Positions 1-11,767 of a stretch of 64,000 nucleotides of DNA are shown here, one piece after another. Positions within the stretch are counted from its first letter, which is position 1. Every line of letters begins with the position of its first letter. A model generated the notes under the pieces. That model was not told the DNA's origin. It did no database searches and saw only the letters and a list, made by a program, of their open reading frames with translations. Location of the stretch: the NCBI RefSeq assembly GCF_964204645.1, contig NC_134025.1, forward strand, positions 19,257,101 to 19,321,100, written 5' to 3'. The stretch comes from Tubulanus polymorphus (Eukaryota; Animalia; Nemertea). Position numbers and translations under genes: made by a program.

Positions 1-618
1 ACTCTTAGATGTTCTGTCAGTAAACACATCGTCATCACCAGTTCAGTTGCGACTAGCTGTTTTCTGCTTCTTTTTATCGTCTGATGTGGTGGAGGAGGAC
101 TGCTCAAAGATCTCGCAAGAGTTGTTTTTTCTTCGTTTCCTACCCATTTTGCGCGGCTGAACTATTTATTAAGCGATCCTTTCACGATCAAACGAACATT
201 TGACGAACAAATTGAAATGATCATACATACGAGAATGACGACAGTGACTTAAATCCGTACAGTGACGATGACGATCACGATCATGAACAGTTGAGCTGCA
301 CTTCTGACGACTTTATGAACGGAGCGTCATGGGACTGGCTACCACATTGCCGCCATGTTGAATGACATTATGAATATTGAATAGATTCATATTCGTTTAC
401 TATTTATCATTTTTCATAGTCATTTAAGACTCAGTAGTTTATAAAACTAACACTTCAAAACTTTACAAAAACTTTCAATAAATTTCTACAGCCTTTACAA
501 CAAATATTCAAAGGAATAATGTTTTTCGATTAAAGTTTCACGCTGCAGAAGAGTTTTGATAGATTACATCACAAATCTTTCACAAACATTATTTCTAAGT
601 TTTAAATAGGATGGATGA

Positions 619-1368
619 TAGTCTAGTACTTAGCCGTTGTTCCAGAAACAACGTCTAGGGCGAAAGTGCTCATATAAGGTTAATTTTCGTCCCTCATTTT
701 GAGGGACGAGGCTTTGAGCGTCTATTTCACCCCTTAAAACACCATCAACTTACCTCAAACTGACTGTTCTGTAATCAGACGGAAGTTACCTATTGTTTGT
801 GCATAGATTTGTAATCCTAAGTAGCTTTTGACGATCGTAGTAGCTCAAAACTTTTGACTTGTCGCCTCAAAAAATGGTTTAAGTGAGCAACATAACAAAT
901 ATGGCGGCTTTTCGTGGTGCATGAGGGGAGTGTAAATTACGGATTTGGACTTGAACTTGGACTGACATTATTGATGTCAATGCAGACATTATTCTTGTTT
1001 CAAATTCTTAAGGTTAAAATTGACCAAAATTTATGCGTTTCATCAACAAAAAATAACATTTAGAGTAATTTTAGAGAGACATATTGAATTTTTCACATTT
1101 TATTAATTTAGTCCGTATTGGAAATCCCGATAGTGGCAATCAATTCAATTCAAATCAAATCAATAAATTCTCTGGTTCGCGATTTAAATAATCAAAAATA
1201 TTGTCATAAAACACGTTTTCAAAGTCAACAAGGTAACTAATTGATTTATTTTAGTAAAAAGGTTTGATTTGACACTACAATCAGTTGTTGCATTGCAATT
1301 AACAGGAGTTAACCTCTATATGCGTCAGACGTTGTAGGGAACCGTAACAACGACTGGTATTCAGACTA
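619..1368. mobile_element. Non-autonomous DNA transposon, 750 bp, 9-bp TSD (AcademH/MULE-like)
   Basis: GATGGATGA is duplicated at 610-618 and 1369-1377. Termini TAGTCTAGTAC / GTATTCAGACTA form a short imperfect TIR. No ORF. Confidence 0.75.
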
Positions 1369-2182
1369 GATGGATGAGGAAATATTCTAATTTTGTGACC
1401 AAAGGTGCTACCAATACGAGGTATATTTCAAGAAAAGAATTGAAATTGCTCTTGCGGCTAATTCTGTCTAAGTTTCATCAGTGGCTAATTCTGTCTAAGT
1501 TTCATCAGTTCATGTCAAAATATTCTTAGATCTAACCATGATGATTTAAACATCCGTGTTCCTTGCTGTTTACTAGAAAATGCCATAGATTGCTATTCAA
1601 ATCCTATTTCTGCGCTTAGTTTGAACGGATATGGTCTGTTCAACAGCTAATTATAATCATTGATATGTAGACTTTCAAAATCAAGAGGCATTTTGTCTCA
1701 ATTCGAATGCCAAATAGGTATAAAATTAAGTGGAATTGCTCTTGTAGCTTATTTCCTATTCATTTCTATAGACATCATTGCCGAGCCGTCACTTTAGTGA
1801 CGTAGTTCTATTTATAGACACGGTACCACGCGTTCGGCAGAAACAATGTATACACTGAACATCAATTCTGACTAGATTGAAAAGATTTTTTCAATTATGA
1901 AATCACCTAGCCTTATTGTATACTATAATATATCGTTTAGTGTAAAAAATAGGAAATCTTTAAAAAAGTTTCAGTTACCCTTTAAAGACTTATTCTTGGA
2001 TATTCAACATCTATTACAAAATCCATTATTTTTTCCATTATTTCAATAACTTTACTATAATCTTCTAATGTTGTACCTTTAAAAATGTAAATATCATAGC
2101 TGCAGGACCAATTTTTATTTAACACGTAATGTTTCTAATTAGGGTTTTCTGACTTTCATCGAAAACCCTCTTGTAATTCTAT

Positions 2183-2394
2183 TGATTAAGGCGTTGTTCC
2201 ATGTCCGATGTCCATACAATTCAAATAAGAAGCTTTGGATATATGGATATGACAAGCGATTTATTATGACCTAATAAATCTCCAAGGTCGACAAGCGACA
2301 ACAATACAGAATGAAACATATATAAATCAAATTCAGAAGTCAAACAAATCGGTGAACAGAATTATTACAAATTAATAGAATAATAAGAAAATAT
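2183..2394 (-). repeat. 3' LTR of the BEL/Pao element (truncated by a LINE fragment)
   Basis: Matches 9806-~10001 apart from small indels. Confidence 0.85.
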
Positions 2395-2745
2395 GGCATA
2401 ATGAAATAAGCACAAAACAGAATAAAAAATGTAACAAAATATTCCACAATATGGTACCAAACATATCTTAGTGCTTTTTTTCTGAATAGTAAAGAGACCT
2501 TTGGATTGACTAGATGATAACAATGGCCCCCACGCAATAAGTGCATACGTTAGGTGACTTTGGATATAGCTTATATATAACAATTTTTTAGTCCAGCTGG
2601 GAATGAGATTTTTTAAGCTTCTAAAAAGATATAAATTTTTGTTCAATTTGTTAATTAATTGTTTTACATGAGGTTCCCAATTTAGACGATCATCAATTAG
2701 CAAACCGAGAAATTTAGTAGAGTTTACTATATATTTACTTTATGA
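2395..2745 (-). mobile_element. CR1/L2-type LINE RT C-terminal fragment
   Basis: Translation FLGLLIDDRLNWEPHVKQL...YISYIQSHLTYALIAWG is typical of the non-LTR RT thumb region. Confidence 0.8.
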
Positions 2746-2929
2746 GTTTACTTCATATATTTTCTAACAGTAACGACAACTTTGTAATAGGTCGACGAAA
2801 TATTCCATTTTTGGTTTTAACCGATACAACTCTCACATGCCCGTCTTTGCCACAGTGCAAATCTACTACGCGAGCCATTAACCATTTCGTAGGCGGTAAC
2901 TGCTTATCTGCGACCAAAACCAAATCGCC

Positions 2930-4453
2930 GGCGCTATTGCACTTTCGTACCCCTCCCAAAATGTTTATTTTAGCATATTATTTATCAGTGAGGTCTTGGG
3001 AATAAAAATCAGTAAGTTTTATCCAAATAAACTTACTTTTTGGGGTCAAAATTTTAATATTTTGGGCCTGAATTAGAGCCGTTTTTCGACCGAATGAGAC
3101 GCCATATTGGTTTCTCCGACTCCATAGTTGTGCTAACTACCGCCGAAAACCGTCCTATGGAGCACTCCTACTTTCGGACAGAGAAAACTGCGGGATCGTG
3201 GTTTTCGGGAGTGTTACAACAGTGTATTTTCATATGGATTATTTTAATGAAGCAAGCTAGTGGTTCAGGCATAGCCAGCTATTTCTTGGATATTTAGGTT
3301 GGCCCTTGAAAGGGCCGTTTTGACGGGAGGATTACAGAGGGACTAGACGACGTAAAGATCAGTTGCTATCTGATTCCAAAAGTTGAAATAGGCATGATCA
3401 CCAAAACGTTGGACCCGCATGAATTCGGCTAGGTAATCAGGTATCATCGCGCGATTTGACGGGCCAGCCATCGCTTTAAATTTCGCCTTCGCTCGCTGCC
3501 ACATCGCCTCCACACGGTTCGTCGTTACGGCTGTGGCTGGATCGACGAAGCTGACCGCATGGTTGACTGTTCCGTGTTGGTACCCCAGCTGGCCAATCCG
3601 ATTATATGCCTGCCACATATCAGACCATATGGTGGAGCCGGGACGAATCCATCGTTGTATGATTGGCAACAGCGTGGCAGCATCTCTCCTGGGTACCGGA
3701 ACAAGGAAACCTTGTTTCGTCTCTGCCTCGTAGCCACCGAATATCCACTTATCTGCCACTATTCGTCCCTGGTTATATTTTCGCAGAGCAAAAAGTGATT
3801 CGTCTATTTCTACCAGTCTACCTGGTCCACCAAACTGTGTCGGATGATTAACGAAGTAGGATACACAGACATCGTGGCAGAACTGATTCCAATCGACGAT
3901 GGTGTGCTCCGACTGTATTTCAAGCTCGCGCATGGTGTCGGCAACACCCATGCCATGGCTTGAACCAGCACTTCGGCTCCAGATGTAGTTGAGCCCCAGC
4001 AGCTGCCACAAGTGAAGATATGACTTCTCGAAAAAACTCCCGCGTCGAATACTAAAACCTCGCTTGCATCGTCGTGCTGTACACCTCCAAGCCACAAAAT
4101 ATCATATAACTCTAATTTAACCGATCCCGATTAGCAAGCGATGCGTGGGCGGGCTGCAGTGTCAATCGGCGCGCGTCGCACGTGTCCGTTCTGTGACCGT
4201 AGTCGGAGCGCTCCATACGTGGGAATGCTCCATAGGACGGTTTTTGGCGGTAGTTAGCACAACTGTCGAATCGGAGAAACCAATATGGCGTCTCTTTCGG
4301 TCGAAAAACGGCTCTAATTCAGGCCCAAAATAATATTTTGACCCAAAAAAGTAAGTTTTTTTGGCTAAAAATTACTGATTTACTGACCTCACTGATAAAT
4401 AATATGCTAAAATAAACATTTTTGGGAGGGGGGTACGAAAGTGCAATGGTGCC
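2930..4453 (-). mobile_element. Merlin (IS1595/ISXO2-like) DNA transposon inserted in the BEL integrase
   Basis: GG...CC termini, ~240-bp imperfect TIRs (2930-~3170, ~4219-4453) and 8-bp TSD AAATCGCC (2922-2929, 4454-4461). Confidence 0.93.
3343..4095 (-). CDS. Merlin/ISXO2-like DDE transposase, 5'-truncated
   Basis: Motifs VEIDESLF, WIFGG, RDAATLLPII, IWSDMWQAY, HGTVNH, FVDP, TNRVEAMW. Confidence 0.9.
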   Translation of the reverse strand: MAWRCTARRCKRGFSIRRGSFFEKSYLHLWQLLGLNYIWSRSAGSSHGMGVADTMRELEIQSEHTIVDWNQFCHDVCVSYFVNHPTQFGGPGRLVEIDESLFALRKYNQGRIVADKWIFGGYEAETKQGFLVPVPRRDAATLLPIIQRWIRPGSTIWSDMWQAYNRIGQLGYQHGTVNHAVSFVDPATAVTTNRVEAMWQRAKAKFKAMAGPSNRAMIPDYLAEFMRVQRFGDHAYFNFWNQIATDLYVV

Positions 4454-5506
4454 AAATCGCCAATTTCAAGATCTCGACGTTCAGACTGCCATTTCGGCCT
4501 CTGCTGTAACATTGACAGATATTCTTGGGCCCAACGTTTCCAGAAATGTTGACCTAAGTACTGCAAGTGTTGTCATCGATTTAACCGATTAATAGGGACC
4601 TCCAAGAGGTTCGGCTCTGGAATCGCGTTCACGGGTCGGTTTACTAAAAAGTGACCAGGCGTTAAAACACTGAGGTCTGACGGATCACTTGACATCGGAG
4701 TTAATGGCCTAGAATTTAAACATGCCTCAATTTGAGTGAGAACTGTCGCAAGTTCTTCAAACGTTAACTGCGAAGCACCAACCGATCGCGAAAGATGATA
4801 TTTGATGCTTTTTACGCCTGCTTCCCAAAGTCCACCAAAGTGGCTGGCTAACGGAGGGTTGAAATTCCAAATTATATCATCAGATTGCATATCCTTGATG
4901 ATTATTGGGTTAACTTCACGAAGAAAATTCACAAAGTCTCTTTTCATCTCTCGATCCGCTCCAATGAAGTTGGTTCCATTGTTATGTCGCTATAAATTGA
5001 ATGTGGTTACCGCGCCTGGCAACAAAGCGTTTTAACGCAGCGAGAAAGGCCTCAGAAGACAGCGAACTGACCAACTCAATATGATCGGCCTTTGTAGCAA
5101 AGCATACGAAAATCGCTATCCACGCTTTTTCAGATTTTTTCCCACGTCCACGACCGCTTTTTACTAGCACCGGGCCAGCATAATCAACGCCAGTCTTATA
5201 AAACACTGGAACTGGAACGACACGATCTTTAGGCAAAACACCCATTAATTGCTGCAGTATTATATAAGCTGCAGTACCTTATAAGGTTGCCTTGTTACGA
5301 CGACACACAACACATTGATGCACCCAATTTCGTATAACATCACGAGCTCCAAGAATCCAATATTTACGCCGAATACACGCTAACATTAATTGAGGACCAG
5401 CGTGTAAGTTTATTCGATGCTCGGAATCAAGAATCAAGTTCACCAAGGAATATTTTTTAGGCAATATCGCGGGATGAGATTCGGTATACTGTATAACAAA
5501 CGCGCT

Positions 5507-5819
5507 CAGGGGCGGATCTAGAGCCCAATTTAGAGGGGGGAGGCACCGAATAAATGTAGCTATGATGATACTGTATTGACACCGAGGGCGTAGGCGCGAG
5601 ACGTTCCTACGCGCGGCGCGAAGCCCCTGTGGGGTCTGGTAAAATTTTTGAAATTTAACTCTGTTTTGGGGCCATTTCCTGCATTCTGAGGCAAGAATTC
5701 ATGACAAATACTACACAGCGCGGCGTTAATATTAAGCGAGTGGCGGGAGGTCGGTCGAAAAAAACGATCTTCACTTAAAGGAGGGAGGGGCCCGGGTCCC
5801 CTCCCTAGATCCGCGTCTG
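5507..5819. mobile_element. MITE (CAG...CTG, hAT-like termini) inside BEL pol
   Basis: TIR CAGGGGCGGATCTAG / CTAGATCCGCGTCTG, flanked by GCGCT on both sides. Interrupts the GGRLSEA...YTESHPAILP region. Confidence 0.8.
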
Positions 5820-6690
5820 GCGCTTCACTCAATCTTCCGCCAACACGAAGTATGCCTTGAGTGTCGAGATACGGATTCAATTGTTTGATTTTGCTGCGAT
5901 TGCATATCGGTTTTTCATGCTGGAGACCTATTTCAGCGTTGAAATGATCTTTTTGCACGGATTTAATCCAAAACGCAAGAGAGCTTCGTATTTCATCGAC
6001 GGTTAAATGCGCATTAGATCCTTTTTTAAAGATCCACCGAAAACACCACGCCGAAATCCTGATTAACTTAGATAGACTGGAGTACGGAAATAATTCCATC
6101 TTTAACGCACTATCAACTGTCGCTACGGTGCAATGAACAACATTCTTTTTCATTTCGCACACTGAATCTCTTTAACTATACGGACGACGCTGGTCGGGCC
6201 ATTCTCCAGACTGTGACCAGGTAGGACCGTTCCACCATAACGCATGGTAATGAAGATCAGCTGGCATGATACTTCGTGAGGCGCAATCAGATGGGTTCAC
6301 ATCAGAAGGACAATATCACCATTGACATGGGCTAATTACGTCCTGTATAGCACTAACACGGTTCGCAACAAATGGTTTCCAGCGCCGAGAATCTCCACAA
6401 ATCCAATCAAGAGTAACCGAAGAATAAGACCACGCATAGATGTCTGGTTTACGAATTGGATGCATTGCAGCTAAAATGTATTCCAATAACTTTGACAGTA
6501 AATGAGCAGCACATAACTCGAGACGGGGTATTGACACTTTTTTAACTGGTGCCACTTTTGATTTAGCCGCAACTTTATCCATGCTCGGATGTATCCGGAA
6601 ACGCAAAATAATTTTCAATACATCCTGCTGCACACGAGGTCCAACCATCAACCGGTCGTTAAGTGAAATACCAGTCGATGTTTTAGCCGA

Positions 6691-7472
6691 CGGTACTCGA
6701 AAAACGCCTAATGAAATACACCGAATCGGAAAACGCATAACGCCTAATTCCTAGAAAATGACCTAATTTCGTAATTGCACCATCTACTGAGACTCACAAT
6801 CCAACTCATCAACGGAACAGTTTGAAAATACATGTGTTTTACGCTTCACGAAACGAGACTACCACTCTAATAAACTTCATTATAGGATGATGATAGAATG
6901 TCCGCAGTGCAAGCAATTAATTACATAACGCCATAGAAGTGTAAACTGAAACAGTTTACACTTCCATGATAACGCGAAAACAAACGCCGCGGTTATAAAC
7001 CGGCTTTCTTGAATTTTGAAACTGGAATGCATAAATATGGTACAACCTACGCTCGTAGGTACAACGCACACAAAGACTGATAAAATAGCCTTTCTCAAAA
7101 TTATCCTCCAAAACTGTTCACAACCACGTTTATGTGAACCTACCGAACCAATGAGAGACTAAATAATGTCCAGCCCCTGAACTTCCTTGAACAAAAAATA
7201 ATAAACTATATGTTCCATATAAAAAATATGATGTCTTTTATTATCATAATACTCTGTCTTAATATGAAATAATAACACAGATAAGCCTGTGTAACCAAAG
7301 ACAGTAGAAACGAAGATGGAACAGGCGGCGCTCCACGCACTCCGACGTGAACTATGTAGCGTTGCGTACATAGTTCACGTAGGGATTTAGGTCAATTTCT
7401 TGGATGTTACTTGAATCAGGCGTTATGCGTTTTCCGATTCGGTGTTTTTCATTAGGCGTTTTTCGAATACCG
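6691..7472. mobile_element. Non-autonomous MULE-like element inside BEL pol
   Basis: TIR of ~60-90 bp (CGGTACTCGAAAAACGCCTAATG...) and 9-bp TSD TTTAGCCGA (6682-6690, 7473-7481). Removing it restores DASAKTSTG. Confidence 0.88.
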
Positions 7473-8396
7473 TTTAGCCGAAGCATCGAATACAACACGA
7501 AGCTTTGTGGTCGTACTACTTTCCTTCAAAACGCAATGATGAGGTAAATAATAAACATCGCATGAGTCTTTCAACACGTTATTTACCAATTCCGCGTGAC
7601 CCAACTCAATATATTCTGTAACAGTTTTACAATACTCCTGCTTTAACTGCGGATTGTAGTCCAACCTGCGTTCAAGAGCCTTCTGGCGATTAACAGCTTG
7701 AGTTCTACTTTCCCCAAGAGTTGTACCATCGCGAAACGGGAGAGAAACGGTATATCTGCCATCAGAATTTCGAACAGTCGTTTCTTCAAAATGATTTTCA
7801 CAAATCTTTTCTTCTTGTGATAAAGCAGCTGTACTAGGAATGTTTTCGATCTCCCAAAAACATTTCAATAGGTAATCAGTACTCGTCGTTGTTTCTACAC
7901 TAGCGTAATGAGAACACACTGATGCAACTTCAGAATCCACGTTAGACACCTCTCCGATTAGAACATATCCGAAAATTGTTTTCTGCGCACATAATCCACT
8001 GAATCTTTTGACATCCGTGTCTTCAGGTAACAAATAAGTATAAACGTCGGCATCAAGCAATAGATCGATCTCACTCGGCCTTTGAAGACACATATCAGCA
8101 AGCGGTAGATTCATTAACTTCGAATAATGTTCAAGGTTCACATTTTCACTGGGGATCATTGAAGTTACACGCTCCATCAAAAATGCTTCAACGGTGACAC
8201 TATGGTCATTCGAAAGTACTGGAGACGAGTGACAAGTTATTATGTCGCATACATGACCAGGAGCGCTATCTCCAATGCCATTGACGGATATATCGGCAAC
8301 AGTCCTCGTTGATAGCTTCAAACGCTTCGCAAACGAATATCTCATAAAACTGCGCTGTGAACCTGGGTCGATTAATACCCGGCACGGAATCAAAGT

Positions 8397-9650
8397 TCAA
8401 TCAGTAGATCGGACATTCGCAACTGCGGTAGCTAATAAAACCTCACATTTTTTCAATGCGGAAAAATGGCTAGAAACATTTTCAGAGCTCGTAACAGTAG
8501 CATTGTCCGCTGACACATTAACATCTTGATGATGCTTCTTAACGGATAATGCTTCTTTTAACGGATGATGCTTCTTTTTACAATTTTTACAGCTAACCGG
8601 CTTTGAACACCTTGAAACATAATGTCTCGGTGACAAACAGTTAAAACATATTTTTAGGTCAGCAACCTTCTGTCTTCTCAACTCAGACGTAAGCTTTAGA
8701 AAATCCGAACAATGCGGTAAATGGTGCCTCCCTTTACATAGATAGCGTTCCTCACTTTGGGTTGACGTATGAAAAGCTTTAACACTCGAATGGTCAGTGC
8801 ATCTGGGTCGACTGTCTGATGATTCTATAGCACAAGCGAAGCTATTCACATATTCAACCATAGACAAGAATGTAGGATTGTCGTTTGGTTTCACTGACCT
8901 CTCCCATTCTAAACGAGTATCGTGATCTAGCTTACGCTTCGTAATATATATCAATATAGAGTCCCAGCTGTCAACGTTTTCACCAAGGTTTTCGAGCGAC
9001 TGTACATTTTCGTATATTCCACTAACTAATTTTCGCAATCCTGAAGTAGTTCTCGCTGAAATTGTTGGGGTACTGAAAATCTTATCGAAATGCGCGTCAC
9101 GAATAGCCTTTTTATTGTCATATCTCGCACGCAACTTATCCCAAGCTATCGAATAATTCTCCAAATTTTTTCGACAATCTACGGTACATTGGAATGAATC
9201 GCAAAACTCCAACCACTCGGTGTAACCTCCACTGAACGACTTAATATCCAAGTTAGGGAGCCTTGATGTCTCGGTGGTGGTAGTTTGAACACGAACAATT
9301 TCCGCGACGATACGTGAAATTTCCTGATGACTAGGTGAAACTGATTCAGCTGTCTCGGGCTGTGAACGGTTGATAATTTCATCAATCATTGACTCTACTT
9401 GAAAAGCTAGAGACTGAAAATCATCGTAAGATTTGTTCAAAGCTTTAGTATCGGTATCGTCTGCCTCCGTGAACAACATTTCATGAGCGTCTTCATATTT
9501 TTTCTGATAGACTCGTAATGAGTCTAATTTCGACTTCATTAATTTAGCTGAAACCGTTTTCGACGAATCTTCAAAAAATGGTTTCACTATCTGCAAAAGA
9601 CTGCTAACTTGATGCATAAGAGCCTGTGTCTTCAGTGCCATACGCTCCAT
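8397..9650 (-). CDS. BEL/Pao gag (DUF1759-like region plus zinc knuckles)
   Basis: LPNLDIKSFSGGYTEWLEF, ENYSIAWDKLRARY, CFNCLSPRHYVSRC, CKNCKKKHH. Confidence 0.9.
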   Translation of the reverse strand: MERMALKTQALMHQVSSLLQIVKPFFEDSSKTVSAKLMKSKLDSLRVYQKKYEDAHEMLFTEADDTDTKALNKSYDDFQSLAFQVESMIDEIINRSQPETAESVSPSHQEISRIVAEIVRVQTTTTETSRLPNLDIKSFSGGYTEWLEFCDSFQCTVDCRKNLENYSIAWDKLRARYDNKKAIRDAHFDKIFSTPTISARTTSGLRKLVSGIYENVQSLENLGENVDSWDSILIYITKRKLDHDTRLEWERSVKPNDNPTFLSMVEYVNSFACAIESSDSRPRCTDHSSVKAFHTSTQSEERYLCKGRHHLPHCSDFLKLTSELRRQKVADLKICFNCLSPRHYVSRCSKPVSCKNCKKKHHPLKEALSVKKHHQDVNVSADNATVTSSENVSSHFSALKKCEVLLATAVANVRSTD

Positions 9651-9786
9651 TCTGGAAATATTTACGCGCGCTCACTTAAACCAGAATAAACGAACACACA
9701 CAGCTACCAAATAGTTCACTTCCGAACTGCAGTCTAAATCACACATCCACGGTGACGATCCACTGTACCTATCCTTAGATACAGCA

Positions 9787-9804
9787 ATCCGGTTCGAGGG
9801 ACCA
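9787..9804 (-). promoter_or_regulatory. Primer-binding site (tRNA-Tyr type)
   Basis: Minus strand reads TGGTCCCTCGAACCGGAT, 1 nt from the 5' LTR end. This is the typical BEL/Pao PBS. Confidence 0.85.
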
Positions 9805-9805
9805 A

Positions 9806-10139
9806 TGATTAAGGCGTTGTTCCATGTCCGATGTCCATACAATTCAAACAAGAAGCTTTGGATATATGAATATGACAAGCGATTTATTATGACCTAATAA
9901 ATCTCCCATCAATACAGAATGAAACATATATAAATCAAATTCAGAAGTCAAACAAATCGGTGAACAGAATTATTACAAATTCATAGAATAATAAGAAAAT
10001 ATAGCTGCAAGCAGCGACAACGGTTTCTGCCTTTCTGGATAAAATGTCGTTCAGGAATGCGAGCAAAGATTTCACCCGGAATCAGTTCGTTACATTCCGT
10101 TTTTTTTAAAGAGTGCCACCTAGGGGTCAACTCACAACA
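9806..10139 (-). repeat. 5' LTR of the BEL/Pao element
   Basis: TG...CA bounded and adjacent to the PBS. The outer boundary is inferred from CTCACAACA at 10131-10139. Confidence 0.75.
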
Positions 10140-11125
10140 TGGATATGTTGACCCACATGTGCTACTACGCGCATGTGCTACTACGCGCAAAGTACTAATG
10201 TGCCAGGTTTTGGGGGAAATAACATCGAGAAGAACGAAGCTACGGTGTTTCTACCATTTCCTAGTGACAGTTTAAGCGCATATTCGGTTATAATTAGTTC
10301 CGAAAATAAGTTGACTAGATAAGAAAACCGAATTTGGCCCAAAGCACAAATTTGGCCTATAGGGTAAACTATGCAGGAGGGAAGGCCTTATAGTGTTACT
10401 ATTAGTAGAGGAGTGACAAGTCAAGCGATCAGATGGGGACTACAATTCGCATATGAAATCGCATATGAAATTGAATATCGGTGCAGTGGGTAGGTATTTT
10501 CAACTGACTTTGTTCTTCTATGACATTACCATCGCCGCTGCGTCACGATGTGATGTACATGTACAAGGGCCCTCCAATTTGTAATGTATGTGATGTGTAA
10601 ACTGACTTTAGACCGTTTAATATCGACGATAACAAGGTATCACCGACGCTGACATTTTCTGACGCTAACTAGTATGACCCGCTTTTTGGACCGGACCAAT
10701 TCAATTCAATTAAGAAAACGAGTACCTGTACAGTAAATAAATAAACTGCTGTTGATTTTTCAAAGTATTATATCCACGAACAAAACTATACTATTATAGA
10801 ATGTTTAAAAGGAACTGCTTTTAATAACAGCATGAATAAACTTACTTCACAAACAAGGAAGAACATCTTTAACTTGTGAATGGTCGAACCCCAGTTATTC
10901 ACAGTAACCAGTGGTTTGTATATTCTCGGAGCCTTCCTTATTTATCTATTTATGAAATGACGTCACTAACTTTCAGATTCGCACCAGTATGCGCGCCATG
11001 ATTGATGATTGATGATTGCTATTTCCACCGGTGTTATCTTTAAGTAACTTCAAGTTTAAAATACGAAGCACAGTACATCCATAGAAACTACGCGCAGAAA
11101 GAGACTGTTATATTATTATTAGAGT

Positions 11126-11767
11126 TTAACATTTCGTTTCAAAGTTGTTAGTAGTTAAATCTATCAGTACATCATATCCCGGGAGTAAGTGCGGCAAATT
11201 TCCTGCCTCGTAGCGGTGAAGCCAATGTTCTTGGAAAAGCATGACATCAGTTTGTTTTAGTTGATCTAGCAGATATACCAGGTTAATTTTTATTCCGCCA
11301 ATATTTAATGTTGTTATTCGCATTTTCGCGGGCTTGATTTCTTCAACCTCACTTGTGGTTTTTTGGTCTCTAATCCTGAAAAATGCTGTCTACTTTCCGA
11401 GGATACCAGATTTCTTGGGCTATCACATTTATTGGGGTCAGAGATACTTTCATCACTAGCCATTCCTTCAGGAAATATCACCTCTTCCAGTGGGTAGCTA
11501 CAGACATTTTCGACATCGCAGTGATGTATCAGTCTTAGTGGTAACTGTGTGTCAACAACCTCAGGACATCTGTTCATGAGTTCGGTTAGATCAATGTTTT
11601 CATTAGAGGGAGTCAAATCTTCAATTAGACATCTACTGTCTCTAGGATACTTTGGAATACACTCAGGTGACGACCTCTCTTGCCTTTGCATACAATCATC
11701 GTCACATTTATCCGTGTTTTTATCTATCTGAGTGTATGACCTTTCTACTTCTTCGTTTGGTATTTTT
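11126..11767 (-). mobile_element. LINE fragment (end of ORF1 plus start of APE endonuclease)
   Basis: MRITTLNIGG...DVMLFQEHWL is an APE endonuclease N-terminus, preceded by a low-complexity ORF1-like tail. Confidence 0.7.

Larger units (their letters stand above)
4462..8393 (-). pseudogene. BEL/Pao pol (protease, partial RT, RNase H, integrase), fragmented; last segment at 2753-2929
   Basis: ORF pieces 7452-8393 (LIDPGSQRS protease; YLPHH...TTKLRVVFDAS), 6316-6690, 5820-6162, 5279-5464, 4982-5245, 4573-4947. The RT core is deleted (RFRIHP joined to AKSKVAP). Confidence 0.9.
2183..10139 (-). mobile_element. BEL/Pao LTR retrotransposon, decayed, with nested insertions
   Basis: Near-identical LTR segments start TGATTAAGGCG at 2183 and 9806. 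PBS, gag with zinc knuckle, protease, partial RT, Pao RNase H (AKSKVAP...IPRLELCAA) and integrase (GVDYAGP; HFGGLWEAGVKS; LNSRPL; LTPGHFL; RPITKL) are all present. The outer end of the 5' LTR is approximate and no TSD was found. Confidence 0.95.

Noticed and set aside
1-362. 5' end of a minus-strand LINE (MGRKRRKNN...)
   Set aside because: Plausible, but the frame is short, has a stop and runs off the window edge.
3343-4095. Bacterial IS1595 (contamination or HGT)
   Set aside because: It is nested in a metazoan LTR element with Merlin-type TIRs and TSD, so it is the eukaryotic Merlin superfamily.
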